IMG/VR virus record: IMGVR_UViG_3300019360_000001
Source: a virus
Direction: 5' to 3' (one strand)
DNA length: 64,000 nt
The notes below the pieces were generated by a model that was not told the origin of the DNA, did no database searches, and saw only the letters and a list, made by a program, of their open reading frames with translations. A program made the position numbers and the translations under genes. Below are positions 28,246-37,520 of the stretch, piece by piece. The stretch's first letter is position 1; the number at the start of each line of letters is the position of its first letter.

Positions 28246-31200
28246 ATGCCAAGAGATTTAATTATACAGGCTGGGATTCAGTTTAATCCCAAAGATGTAG
28301 ATACTCGTGCCATTAGAGATGCTATAACCAAAACTTTAGCAAATACCCAACTTAGTTTAAGTAAGGTAAGATTCTCTTCTGATGTAAGACGTACATTACA
28401 AGATTCTTTTAGTAAGATAACATTTTCTATAGACAAAGCCTCTATTGGCTCTAGCGCCAGAGCCAAGTTACAAGAAAATTTTGGCGCTATACATTTCGTT
28501 GTACAAAATGCTAGATTTGGTGCCCAAGCAATTGCCGGGCTAAAAGGATCTCTTAGTAATATACAAGTTTCTCTTAATCAAGTTAGATTAGCAGGAGGAG
28601 CACAAAAAGCAGTACAAAGTGCTGCCGCAGGTACAGCAGGCCCTTCGCCAATAACAGCAAATGCTACAAATGCATTAGCTGCGGCATCAAAAACCGCTTC
28701 ACAAAGATTCAAAGATCAAAATGTAAAACTGTTAGATATTGTAAATAATACAACTGCTGCCGATAGGGCAACGCAAAACTATTTACGATCTATTATTCAA
28801 ACGGCTGGTAGCGCCGAAACGTTCGGACAAAAAATTGGCCAGATTACTACAAGATTTTCGGCCTATATTATTGCTCTAAAAGCAGTATTACTTGCACAAG
28901 AAGCATTTAATTCTTCATTAAAATTTATATTCGATTTTGATGCTGCTTTACAAGACCTACAAAAGGTTATTAATACTACTCCAGCAGGACTAGAATCAAT
29001 TTCTGCCTCCTTGTTCAATATAGCAAATAATACTGGAAAGTCTGTAACAGCAGCAGCTGCCGCATTGAACGAATTTTTTAGGGCTGGTCTTGGTACAGAA
29101 GAAGCATTAAAAAGAACAGAAGCAGCTCTTGTTGGAGTTAACGTTACTGGTCTTAGCGTAGAAGAAAGTACTAAACTTATAACTAGCGCATTAACTGTTT
29201 TCAAAGATGAGTTAAAAGATGGTATTAGTGTTATTGATTTGTTAACCGTTGCCGATGTAAAGGCTGCTGCAAGCGCCCAAGAAATTGCTAGGGGTATATT
29301 AAGATCTGGTGCCGCTGCTGAGTCTGTAGGCGTATCATTCAAAGAACTTAATGCGGTAACAGCAGCCACAATTGAAGCAACACAACTTAGCGGATCTACT
29401 ATTGGTGCAGCATTAAAAACTATCTTTGCTAATTTAGCAGGGAATTCACAACAACTAAGGGAACAGGCAAATGCTTTTGGTGCCAATATTAATGCAGGCG
29501 ATAGTTTTTTTGAAATACTTAAAAAGCTTTCTATTATATTTCCAAGATTAGGGACTGAACAAATTGCAGTACTCAATCAACTTTTGGCTGGCAAAAGAAG
29601 ATTTACCGAACTAACTGGTTTGCTTGGAAACTTTGGTAAAGCCTTACAAATTGTTGAGGCAGAAAATACAGCGACAGGGACAGCTCTTGAAAGAAATAAT
29701 ATAGAGCTACAAAAACTTAGTACCCAAACACAATTGACAGCCACTGCATTTCAAGAACTTATTGCCAACGTAACAGGAATTGGCAGAGGAGAAGAAGGAA
29801 TAGGATCAATTAGAGACCTTCTTAAATCTGCCTTGGGTGTTGCTCGTGATTTGGCCACTGCATTAAATTTTGTAATCACTACCATTAAAGGCGCTCAGGG
29901 AGATGTATTTTCTCTTGATTCTGCATTTAAGGCCTTAATTAAGGCGGCAATTTTTACTAAGGGTATTGACATTATAAAGGGTATTATTGTAGGCTTCAAG
30001 TCTTTTATCTTTCAAAGTAATTCATTAACTTTAAGTTTAAATCAAAATACAAAAGCACTGCTTCAGCAAAATTCTGCTATTACTCAACAAGTGAGCGCAA
30101 CAGCTGGTGTTGTTCAACAGCAAAGAGCTGCCTTAGCAATAGAACAAAGACGACTTGCGATAGAAAAAGAAATAGCAGGTTTACAAGTAAAGGGCGGCGG
30201 AGCTAGTCGTCAATCTTCTGCTGGTAATGCGGCAAAAGGTTTAGTTGATTCTGTTAAGCCTGTTTTGGCCGGTGCTTTATTGATCGGAGCACAAGAATCA
30301 GCAGATGCATTAAAGAAATTGGCAAAACAAGCAGAAGAAGTAAATGGATTCGCAAGCAAACTAGAGTCAAGTTTAGAATTTGCTGCGGCTAATGGCATAG
30401 AACTTGGAGCAACATTTGCATTAATGTTTGGTGTATCAAAAGGCCTAATTGCTGGTCTTGCGTCTGCTAGTTTTTCTATATTAAACTTTGCATTGGGAGC
30501 AGAAGCATCTGCGCAAAAATTTCTAAAGGATACAGAAAAAATTAGTGCCAGAACACTAAAACTATCTGATGCGCAAGAGCTATTTGGCGAAAGATTTGGA
30601 AGGTCTGCATTACAAGCTGTTACTGGACTTGAAAAAGTTGGTAATAGCGCAGCTGGATTTGGCACTATTCTTGAGAGAGTTTTTACGCAGCAAGCAGATG
30701 CAAGCGATAACTTACAAGATCAATCTATTAAATTGGCACAAGCATTAGAAAAAGTAAGAGGCGAAGTGCTTGGAGGTATAAGAGCTGCTGACATAAAGAA
30801 ACAATTTGAAGATACTGCTAAGGGATTTAGAGAAAGATCGGCCGCAATAGATCTTAAGATAAAGTTTGGTGATTTAGGGTCAGAATTTGCCCCTGTTACA
30901 AAATTAATATCAGAAACTAAGGCATCTTTACAAGAGTTCGTAGATCCAATAAAAACATCTCAGGACTTATTTAATGGTATAGCCAAAGCAAATAAGGTTG
31001 TGCAAGAGCTAACGGCCGGAACAACCAGAGAAACTTCTAAAATTCTTCAAGATAACGGACTTGTAAGCGAAAGATTAGGCGAAATAATAACACAACAAGA
31101 AAGATTAAATAAACTAGCCGAAGCCAGCAATAAAGAATTCCAAGAGGCATTTGATTCTAGGCTTAAACTTAGAGATACATTAGATGCAGAGAAATCTAAG

Positions 31201-33942
31201 CTAGAGGGTTTGCTTGCACAGGCCAAATCTCAAAAAGCAGAAGACTTAGAAATACAAAACATTCAAAGGCAGCTATCAGATGTAACTCAAAAAAGAGAAT
31301 CATTGGAAAAAGCTGTTTCTTCTGCAAAACAATCGCAAAAATCAATTGAAGAGGAAATAGTAAAACTTGAACAAAAAGCAAGCGAAATTGCAACAGAAGA
31401 CCTAAAAAAGATAACGGATATAGCCAAGGCTAGACAAAGTATTGCATCAGAAACACAATTAATTACTCAAGGCATTATAGCAGAAAGTGCGGAATTTAGT
31501 AGACAAGTTAAATTGCTAGAAGCACAAGCCGCAAGAAGAACCGAAATAAGTAGACTAACTATATTAGGTGGTACACTAGCAACTAGAGCTATAGTCGAAG
31601 AAACTGCTTCCAGGCTTCAATCAGAAGAAGAAATAGGAAAACTTAGAGAAATTCAACAAAAGAGAATAAAGTTTCTTATTGCCGAGGAAACAGCAGCTAG
31701 AGCCGCAAAAGATAACGCCGAGGCAGACAGAATAAAGAAAGTAAGAGAAGAGTTTGAAAAAGCATCATCTCAACGTATTAAAGAAGTTTCTCAAGAATTT
31801 AACATTAAACTTAAAGCTACACTAGATGATAAAGCAGTAGAAAATATTAAACGTATTGAAGATTCTTTACAACAATTTAGACTTAACACTATAGAAAGAG
31901 TTATTGAGGCAGAAAAGCAAGCAGCGCAAAAAAGAATTGATGCAGTTAAACAAATAGGCGAAACTACTGCTGGTAAAGAATTTTTACAAAGACAATTCAA
32001 GCCTGCTCCCGAAGATGTTAGAACTTTTGGTTTTGTTGGATCAATTATTGCAGAAAATCTTGAGCAAGGTACTGATACTGCTGTTAAAGGAATGTTGCAA
32101 AAACTTGACCAACTTAGAGTTGGCGGTTTAAATTCATTTGAAGATTTGCGTTCTGCAACTGAAAAACAAAAAGAAGCTGCCGCTGAATTAGATGGACTTG
32201 TAAGAAGAGGCGCAAATGCTACTAAGATACAAGAGGCAAAAACTAAACTAGAACAAGCTAATGCCACAGTTTTAAAATTAGCAAACAGTGGAGCAGATGC
32301 CTTTGAGATACTTGCTGCCACACAACAAAATCAATTAGATTTAATAAGACTAAATGAAGAAGAAGTTGGGGCAAAAAGACAACTTATATTAGATAATCTA
32401 AAAGCGTCTTCAGAAAGAGTAAATGCGGCAGAGCAATCTCTTGTCGAAGCAAGAAATAAGATTCCTCCATTAAATGCACAAGTGATTGAATCAGAAAAAG
32501 AAGTCGCCGCAGCCAATGCAGAGGTATCAGTCGCAAGTCAAGAATTGCAAAAGGCTTATCAAGCAGTTGCAGATGCTCAGTTTAAATTGAACTCTGAGAT
32601 AGCAATTGCAGAGTTTAGAGCAAAACAAGCAACCGGATCTTTTCATGGTACTGGCGAGCAAATAGCATTCTTACAAAATACTTTATTTCAGTTAAATACA
32701 TCTATTAAGGCTTCAGCGGAAACTATACTAGAAGTTAGGCGCCAAATACTGCAAGAAGAGCTAAATCTATTACAAGGACAATTTAATACCGTTAAGAGTC
32801 TAGCATTAGAAGCAGCAACAGGAGGTCCTGAAGTAGCCGCAAGAATTACACAACAAATTGCAGCGGCACAAGAAATTTCACGAGGAGCAAGTATAAGTGA
32901 ATTTTCGCCAGACTTAATTCAGGGTATAGAAAGATTATTCGGAGTAATTGATGGACTAGAACAAGCTGTAACAGAACAAGGTCTTGCTTCTCTTGGGTTA
33001 TCTGAAAATACTCTTGACAATATGGGAGTTAGTATTGTTGAACTTAGCAAACAAATAGCAGAAACTGGTAAAACACAAGTTGATCAAGCAGTTGAACAGG
33101 TTAGATTGGCTCAAGAAAACTTGCTAAAAGCAGAAGAGCAAAAAATCATAGCACAACAACAATTAGAACTAACTAGAGGCAACAGAGAAATTGCACTAAG
33201 AGGAGTTTCTGCTAGTTCTGAAAGTCTTGGTATTTTGCGCTTTGGATTTAGAGATACTCTTAATAATAGCATTAAACAATTAAGTAGACTAGAAGATTTA
33301 AGAGAAACTATTAATAATGCACAAGATGCCAACATTAAAGTTTTACAAGAATCTGTTAACCAAATAACAGAGTTAAAGGCTATTTCTGAAAAGCAATTAG
33401 GAGTTTTAAGCTCTATTTCACGATTAAGTGTTCCAACTACCGGTGGTGGAGTAACTACTGCTGCTGGAGGTACACTTTCCGCCTTTGAATTCTTTGGCTT
33501 GTTAAAAGCTGCCAGAAAAGAAAAGAGAGGAATGCCATCAGGATCTAGATTAATGTTGGCCAATACATCCGAGGTTGTGTTCACGAAGAAACAGGCAAAA
33601 ATGCTTGGATTTGCAGGAAGACCAATGGCAAATGCACAAACTGGAAATGCAGAAGTTGTTGGCGGAGGACAAACTGAGGCACTAACAACTGCTTTGAATA
33701 CTTTAATGAATAAACTAAATAACCCGGGTTTTATTAATCAAAATATTAGTGTTCAATTAGACCAACAAAGAAGAATAGATGTTAGTGGACTTGAAGGTAT
33801 AGAATCTGCCGTTAAAAATGCATTTGAGCAAAGAATGCGAACAACTGCATCTAAAGATGAGCAAACGGCAATTGCTGACGTAGTTTCATCTATAGTCGGT
33901 AGGCTATCAGAATTAGGAATTGTAAATTCTCAAGGAAGCTAA
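28246..33942 (+). CDS. Tail tape measure protein
   Basis: 1898 aa, Ala/Gln/Glu-rich and helical; TP901-type core (FDAALQDLQKV..SGSTIGAALKTIF). Confidence 0.9.
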   Translation: MPRDLIIQAGIQFNPKDVDTRAIRDAITKTLANTQLSLSKVRFSSDVRRTLQDSFSKITFSIDKASIGSSARAKLQENFGAIHFVVQNARFGAQAIAGLKGSLSNIQVSLNQVRLAGGAQKAVQSAAAGTAGPSPITANATNALAAASKTASQRFKDQNVKLLDIVNNTTAADRATQNYLRSIIQTAGSAETFGQKIGQITTRFSAYIIALKAVLLAQEAFNSSLKFIFDFDAALQDLQKVINTTPAGLESISASLFNIANNTGKSVTAAAAALNEFFRAGLGTEEALKRTEAALVGVNVTGLSVEESTKLITSALTVFKDELKDGISVIDLLTVADVKAAASAQEIARGILRSGAAAESVGVSFKELNAVTAATIEATQLSGSTIGAALKTIFANLAGNSQQLREQANAFGANINAGDSFFEILKKLSIIFPRLGTEQIAVLNQLLAGKRRFTELTGLLGNFGKALQIVEAENTATGTALERNNIELQKLSTQTQLTATAFQELIANVTGIGRGEEGIGSIRDLLKSALGVARDLATALNFVITTIKGAQGDVFSLDSAFKALIKAAIFTKGIDIIKGIIVGFKSFIFQSNSLTLSLNQNTKALLQQNSAITQQVSATAGVVQQQRAALAIEQRRLAIEKEIAGLQVKGGGASRQSSAGNAAKGLVDSVKPVLAGALLIGAQESADALKKLAKQAEEVNGFASKLESSLEFAAANGIELGATFALMFGVSKGLIAGLASASFSILNFALGAEASAQKFLKDTEKISARTLKLSDAQELFGERFGRSALQAVTGLEKVGNSAAGFGTILERVFTQQADASDNLQDQSIKLAQALEKVRGEVLGGIRAADIKKQFEDTAKGFRERSAAIDLKIKFGDLGSEFAPVTKLISETKASLQEFVDPIKTSQDLFNGIAKANKVVQELTAGTTRETSKILQDNGLVSERLGEIITQQERLNKLAEASNKEFQEAFDSRLKLRDTLDAEKSKLEGLLAQAKSQKAEDLEIQNIQRQLSDVTQKRESLEKAVSSAKQSQKSIEEEIVKLEQKASEIATEDLKKITDIAKARQSIASETQLITQGIIAESAEFSRQVKLLEAQAARRTEISRLTILGGTLATRAIVEETASRLQSEEEIGKLREIQQKRIKFLIAEETAARAAKDNAEADRIKKVREEFEKASSQRIKEVSQEFNIKLKATLDDKAVENIKRIEDSLQQFRLNTIERVIEAEKQAAQKRIDAVKQIGETTAGKEFLQRQFKPAPEDVRTFGFVGSIIAENLEQGTDTAVKGMLQKLDQLRVGGLNSFEDLRSATEKQKEAAAELDGLVRRGANATKIQEAKTKLEQANATVLKLANSGADAFEILAATQQNQLDLIRLNEEEVGAKRQLILDNLKASSERVNAAEQSLVEARNKIPPLNAQVIESEKEVAAANAEVSVASQELQKAYQAVADAQFKLNSEIAIAEFRAKQATGSFHGTGEQIAFLQNTLFQLNTSIKASAETILEVRRQILQEELNLLQGQFNTVKSLALEAATGGPEVAARITQQIAAAQEISRGASISEFSPDLIQGIERLFGVIDGLEQAVTEQGLASLGLSENTLDNMGVSIVELSKQIAETGKTQVDQAVEQVRLAQENLLKAEEQKIIAQQQLELTRGNREIALRGVSASSESLGILRFGFRDTLNNSIKQLSRLEDLRETINNAQDANIKVLQESVNQITELKAISEKQLGVLSSISRLSVPTTGGGVTTAAGGTLSAFEFFGLLKAARKEKRGMPSGSRLMLANTSEVVFTKKQAKMLGFAGRPMANAQTGNAEVVGGGQTEALTTALNTLMNKLNNPGFINQNISVQLDQQRRIDVSGLEGIESAVKNAFEQRMRTTASKDEQTAIADVVSSIVGRLSELGIVNSQGS

Positions 33943-34154
33943 ATGGTAAGGTATATAAAATGAAAATTTGCAATATAGGGTTTAATAGCGGCGATAAAAG
34001 AACATGTATTAATATAGACCATGACCATAAAACAAAAAAAGTACGTGGATTATTGTGTATGAATTGTAACTTTGGGATAGGTAGCCTAAAAGATGATATT
34101 TTGATATTGATAAATGCAGTGGATTACCTAATAGAACATGAGGAGGTACAATAA
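33943..34154 (+). pseudogene. N-terminally truncated endonuclease VII-like HNH nuclease
   Basis: IDHDHKTKKVRGLLCMNCNFGIG.LKDD..AVDYL; first Cys of CxxC is missing (MKIC); preceded by a 6-codon stub at 33943. Confidence 0.7.
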
Positions 34155-35525
34155 ATGTCACAGCAAGTAGGTAGCACAAAAATGTTCGTGGGCCTATATC
34201 AATTTAGGCCAGTGCCATTATTTGATGTATCTACGGAACTAATAAGAGATGATGCCAATAATCCATTGTCATTAAGACATACTTATGATTTCCAAGGCAC
34301 ACTATTAGAAAGGCTTCCTTCTCAAAGCGGAACTTTCCCAGATATGTACTTGCAAAAAGAGCTATTGAAAAGGGCTCTTACAGAATCTGGAGTACAAGAA
34401 TTTAGAATAACTTTTGAAAATAAGGTTGTTCAAAGCGGAATATTCCCAACTGTTACTGATGTTTCATTTGAGGCTGGGGTTTGGGTAGATAGAATAAACT
34501 ATACTTTTAGCTTTACTCATGACCAAGCAATTTCTGGTCAAGCTGCTATCAATGCTTTTTCTGATGAATGGACTTTTGACGAAAATGATGATAGGCGCAC
34601 CATAAATGTTAACCATTCTATTTCTGCTGTTGGCGTTAATACTTCTATCTTGCCAGCCAGCAATGCATTAGATAATGCCAGAGATTTCGTTTTGCCAAGA
34701 ACTGGCTATTCAAATGTTCCGGCTGGATACCCTGTTTTCGTTGAAGGATCTGGATCTCTTAGTGCATTTCAAGAAAAGAGAAGCGAAAATATTAATGCCC
34801 AAAATGGTACATTTAGCGTTACAGAAAGTTTTATATTGTCCTCTGGCAATTTCGTTCACACACAAACAGGACAAATAAACACGGACTCAAATGGTATTAG
34901 CACAGTTTCATTAGACGGCAATATTAAAGGTCTGGGCAGAAAAGATGCCGCTTGGTTTCATGCTCTTTCTGCACTAAATACATATGTTAAGCCTTTGTTT
35001 CCATCAGATGCGTCTGGTATTTATATTGAGCTTGGCGGAGATGCAACGCTTTTTACATTTGCACCAGAATCAGAAAGTTTTACTAAAAATAAATATACTG
35101 GTACAATTGACTATAGCATTTCTTTTACAGATGATCCTTCTCAGAATCTACCATCTGGGATTCAAGATTTTACAATAACAGTACAAGACGATAAACCAGT
35201 AAGACTGTTTGCTTCGTTTGCTATAATGGAAAGATCTCTTGGAAATGTTGTGCAAGACATAGGAACTAGTACTGAAGGAACCTATAGTGTAGCGGGAAAT
35301 GCTATAGGTGTTAGTAGTTTTCCTTTTGCGTCTCTTATTTCTTATTGTGAAGATCGTATAAATGATCTAAAGCCCATGAGCATTAATTACGTTAATTTAC
35401 GACTAGAACAACGTAGCATAACAAAAGATGAAGACCATAATACTTTATCATTTAATATAGTATGGAAATACACTAAAGGATTAGGTGGAATACCTTCAGC
35501 AACAGATGATATAGTTTTAGATTAA
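34155..35525 (+). CDS. Tail tip / distal tail protein
   Basis: First intact gene after the TMP; beta-rich; GGAGG RBS. Confidence 0.55.
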   Translation: MSQQVGSTKMFVGLYQFRPVPLFDVSTELIRDDANNPLSLRHTYDFQGTLLERLPSQSGTFPDMYLQKELLKRALTESGVQEFRITFENKVVQSGIFPTVTDVSFEAGVWVDRINYTFSFTHDQAISGQAAINAFSDEWTFDENDDRRTINVNHSISAVGVNTSILPASNALDNARDFVLPRTGYSNVPAGYPVFVEGSGSLSAFQEKRSENINAQNGTFSVTESFILSSGNFVHTQTGQINTDSNGISTVSLDGNIKGLGRKDAAWFHALSALNTYVKPLFPSDASGIYIELGGDATLFTFAPESESFTKNKYTGTIDYSISFTDDPSQNLPSGIQDFTITVQDDKPVRLFASFAIMERSLGNVVQDIGTSTEGTYSVAGNAIGVSSFPFASLISYCEDRINDLKPMSINYVNLRLEQRSITKDEDHNTLSFNIVWKYTKGLGGIPSATDDIVLD

Positions 35526-35541
35526 AAATAAGGATATTTTA

Positions 35542-36174
35542 ATGGAAAATCTTTGTAAATGTTGTAATAAAATAGTAGTTGTAAATATTAGTAAATTAAA
35601 AAACTACTGTGGCATTAATTGCTATAAAAGATTTAGAAGAAGTATTGATAAAATAGAGGAAAAAATAAAATGTATTATTTGTGGCAATGAATGTATTAAA
35701 ATACAGTCAAATCACAAGTATTGTTCAAGAAAATGTTTTAATGTTACAAGAAGAAAACGTCGAATAGAATATTCTAAGGTTTGTAAACTATGCAATAAAA
35801 ATTTTATATGCAAAAGAAGTACCGCTAATTTTTGCAGTGCTATTTGTTCAAGAAAAGTTTATTATAGAAATAAACCAGATTTACTTAAAGCAACTAGGAA
35901 AAGATCATCTTATAATTTAAAAGAAAAACTTTTTAATATGTATGGTAGATATTGTTATTGTTGTGGCCAATCAGAGCCCGGATTTTTAACATTGGACCAT
36001 GTAAAAAATGACGGATATAAAGATAGAAAAACAGAGGGATTGAGTAGTCATGCTATTTACAGGAAAGCAATAAAGCATTATCGTCCAGATATTTATTGTA
36101 TTTTATGTTATAATTGTAATCTTGCCAAGGCACATCTTGGAATATGCCCTCATACTACTAAAGGAGATTTATGA
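35542..36174 (+). CDS. HNH homing endonuclease with three N-terminal zinc fingers
   Basis: Three CxxC..YCSxxC-type units, then CYCCG..LTLDHV..ILCYNCN..CPH. Confidence 0.8.
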   Translation: MENLCKCCNKIVVVNISKLKNYCGINCYKRFRRSIDKIEEKIKCIICGNECIKIQSNHKYCSRKCFNVTRRKRRIEYSKVCKLCNKNFICKRSTANFCSAICSRKVYYRNKPDLLKATRKRSSYNLKEKLFNMYGRYCYCCGQSEPGFLTLDHVKNDGYKDRKTEGLSSHAIYRKAIKHYRPDIYCILCYNCNLAKAHLGICPHTTKGDL

Positions 36175-36755
36175 CGCCTCCAGTATTTGTATTTCATGCC
36201 TTTGATCCTTCGGGTATCAATCCTAGCGGTTTTCGCCATCTAACAACTCATCCTTCTTTTATTAAAGTGTTGTCAACGGCACAAGGTCAATTTCTTGATT
36301 TTGGCACAAAAAATATTAAAGACGGCAAACAAACATCTGATACAAAAACAGTTGTTGGATTTTTTACTCAGTTTAATAGCGCAACAGAGGCTTTATTTAA
36401 TTTGAGGTTTTGGATTTCTAATTTTGATGACTGGCAAGCAGGAACTTTTTTCTTTAATGGCTTTCCCTCTGGAAGATGGATACAAGGAATTAAACTGAAT
36501 GATGCATCCGGTTATTATGTGCCAACTGTTTTGCCTAGTGGACAAAATTGGTGGAGAGATGCTGGCGGACCATTCAATAGGAATGACATTGCTTTCCAAG
36601 AATTAACTGCCAGTGGAATAGAAGGAAGTGGTATACCAAGTCAAGTTACTTTTCCATTTTATTTAAGTGTTACAGTAGATACAGATGTGCCAGTTGGGGT
36701 ATATGGCGGAAATAACGGAATCTGGATCTACCGCTGCACTTTTGACTTTAGATAA
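36171..36755 (+). CDS. Tail structural protein (PSGxRH family)
   Basis: Paralogous to 41584 and to the N-terminus of 42297; Ser-Gly rich. Confidence 0.55.
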   Translation: MTPPVFVFHAFDPSGINPSGFRHLTTHPSFIKVLSTAQGQFLDFGTKNIKDGKQTSDTKTVVGFFTQFNSATEALFNLRFWISNFDDWQAGTFFFNGFPSGRWIQGIKLNDASGYYVPTVLPSGQNWWRDAGGPFNRNDIAFQELTASGIEGSGIPSQVTFPFYLSVTVDTDVPVGVYGGNNGIWIYRCTFDFR

Positions 36756-36780
36756 TGCCTTCGATTTTATAGGGAGTTTT

Positions 36781-37515
36781 ATGAAAAACTGCGAAATATG
36801 TAATGGACCTAATGTTCGTCGTCAATCAATATTTTGCTACGTAGAATGTTCAAATAAAGCATATTATAATAAAAATAGACAGAACATGATAAATAGAGCG
36901 GCTAAATGGAATAGAGATAATAAAAATAAAAGAAAAAATAGAAATAGATATAATGGCACATCCGTTTATAATGGTATCACTCAAAGATGTAATAACCCTA
37001 ACGCTACAGTTTATAAATATTATGGTGCCAAGGGAATAAGGTGTCTTTTGACCAAAAATGAGTTTCAAGAAATATATTTCAATACAAATATTTGTAGTTT
37101 ATGTTATTGTGAACTTTGCGATGATAATAGAAATACTCCAAATGGTAGGACTATAGATAGAATAAACGTAAACGGCAACTATGAAAAATATAATGTTAGA
37201 ATATTATGTCGTTCTTGTAATAGCAAATTATCCGGTAAAAAACTTACAATAGAACAAAAGGAACATATAAAATCAGAATATAAATATAAAAGTGCTACAA
37301 ACGGAATGATGGCACTAGCAAAAAAATATGATGTTACACCAACAACTATTTGTCAAGTTGTAAAAGATTGTCGTAAAAGTCTGATAACAAAAGAACAAGA
37401 AGACAAGATTATAGAGATGCATAAGTTTTGTGGAACAAGAAAAATAGCAAAAGAAATAGGTTGTTCTAGACAAACAGTGATAACTATAATAAAAAATATT
37501 GGCAAGAGTAGTTAA
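36781..37515 (+). CDS. HNH homing endonuclease with C-terminal HTH domains
   Basis: ATG at 36781 with GGGAG RBS; QRCNNPN..YYGAKGI, CSLC..TIDRINVNGNYEKYNVRILCRSCN; two HTH-like segments. Confidence 0.8.
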   Translation: MKNCEICNGPNVRRQSIFCYVECSNKAYYNKNRQNMINRAAKWNRDNKNKRKNRNRYNGTSVYNGITQRCNNPNATVYKYYGAKGIRCLLTKNEFQEIYFNTNICSLCYCELCDDNRNTPNGRTIDRINVNGNYEKYNVRILCRSCNSKLSGKKLTIEQKEHIKSEYKYKSATNGMMALAKKYDVTPTTICQVVKDCRKSLITKEQEDKIIEMHKFCGTRKIAKEIGCSRQTVITIIKNIGKSS

Positions 37516-37520
37516 TATAA

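Noticed and set aside
36685-36780. Track starts at 36685, 4807, 18271, 21880, 3345 and 58888
   Set aside because: They overlap neighbouring genes; downstream ATGs at 36781, 4891, 18301, 21892, 3357 and 58834 fit better.
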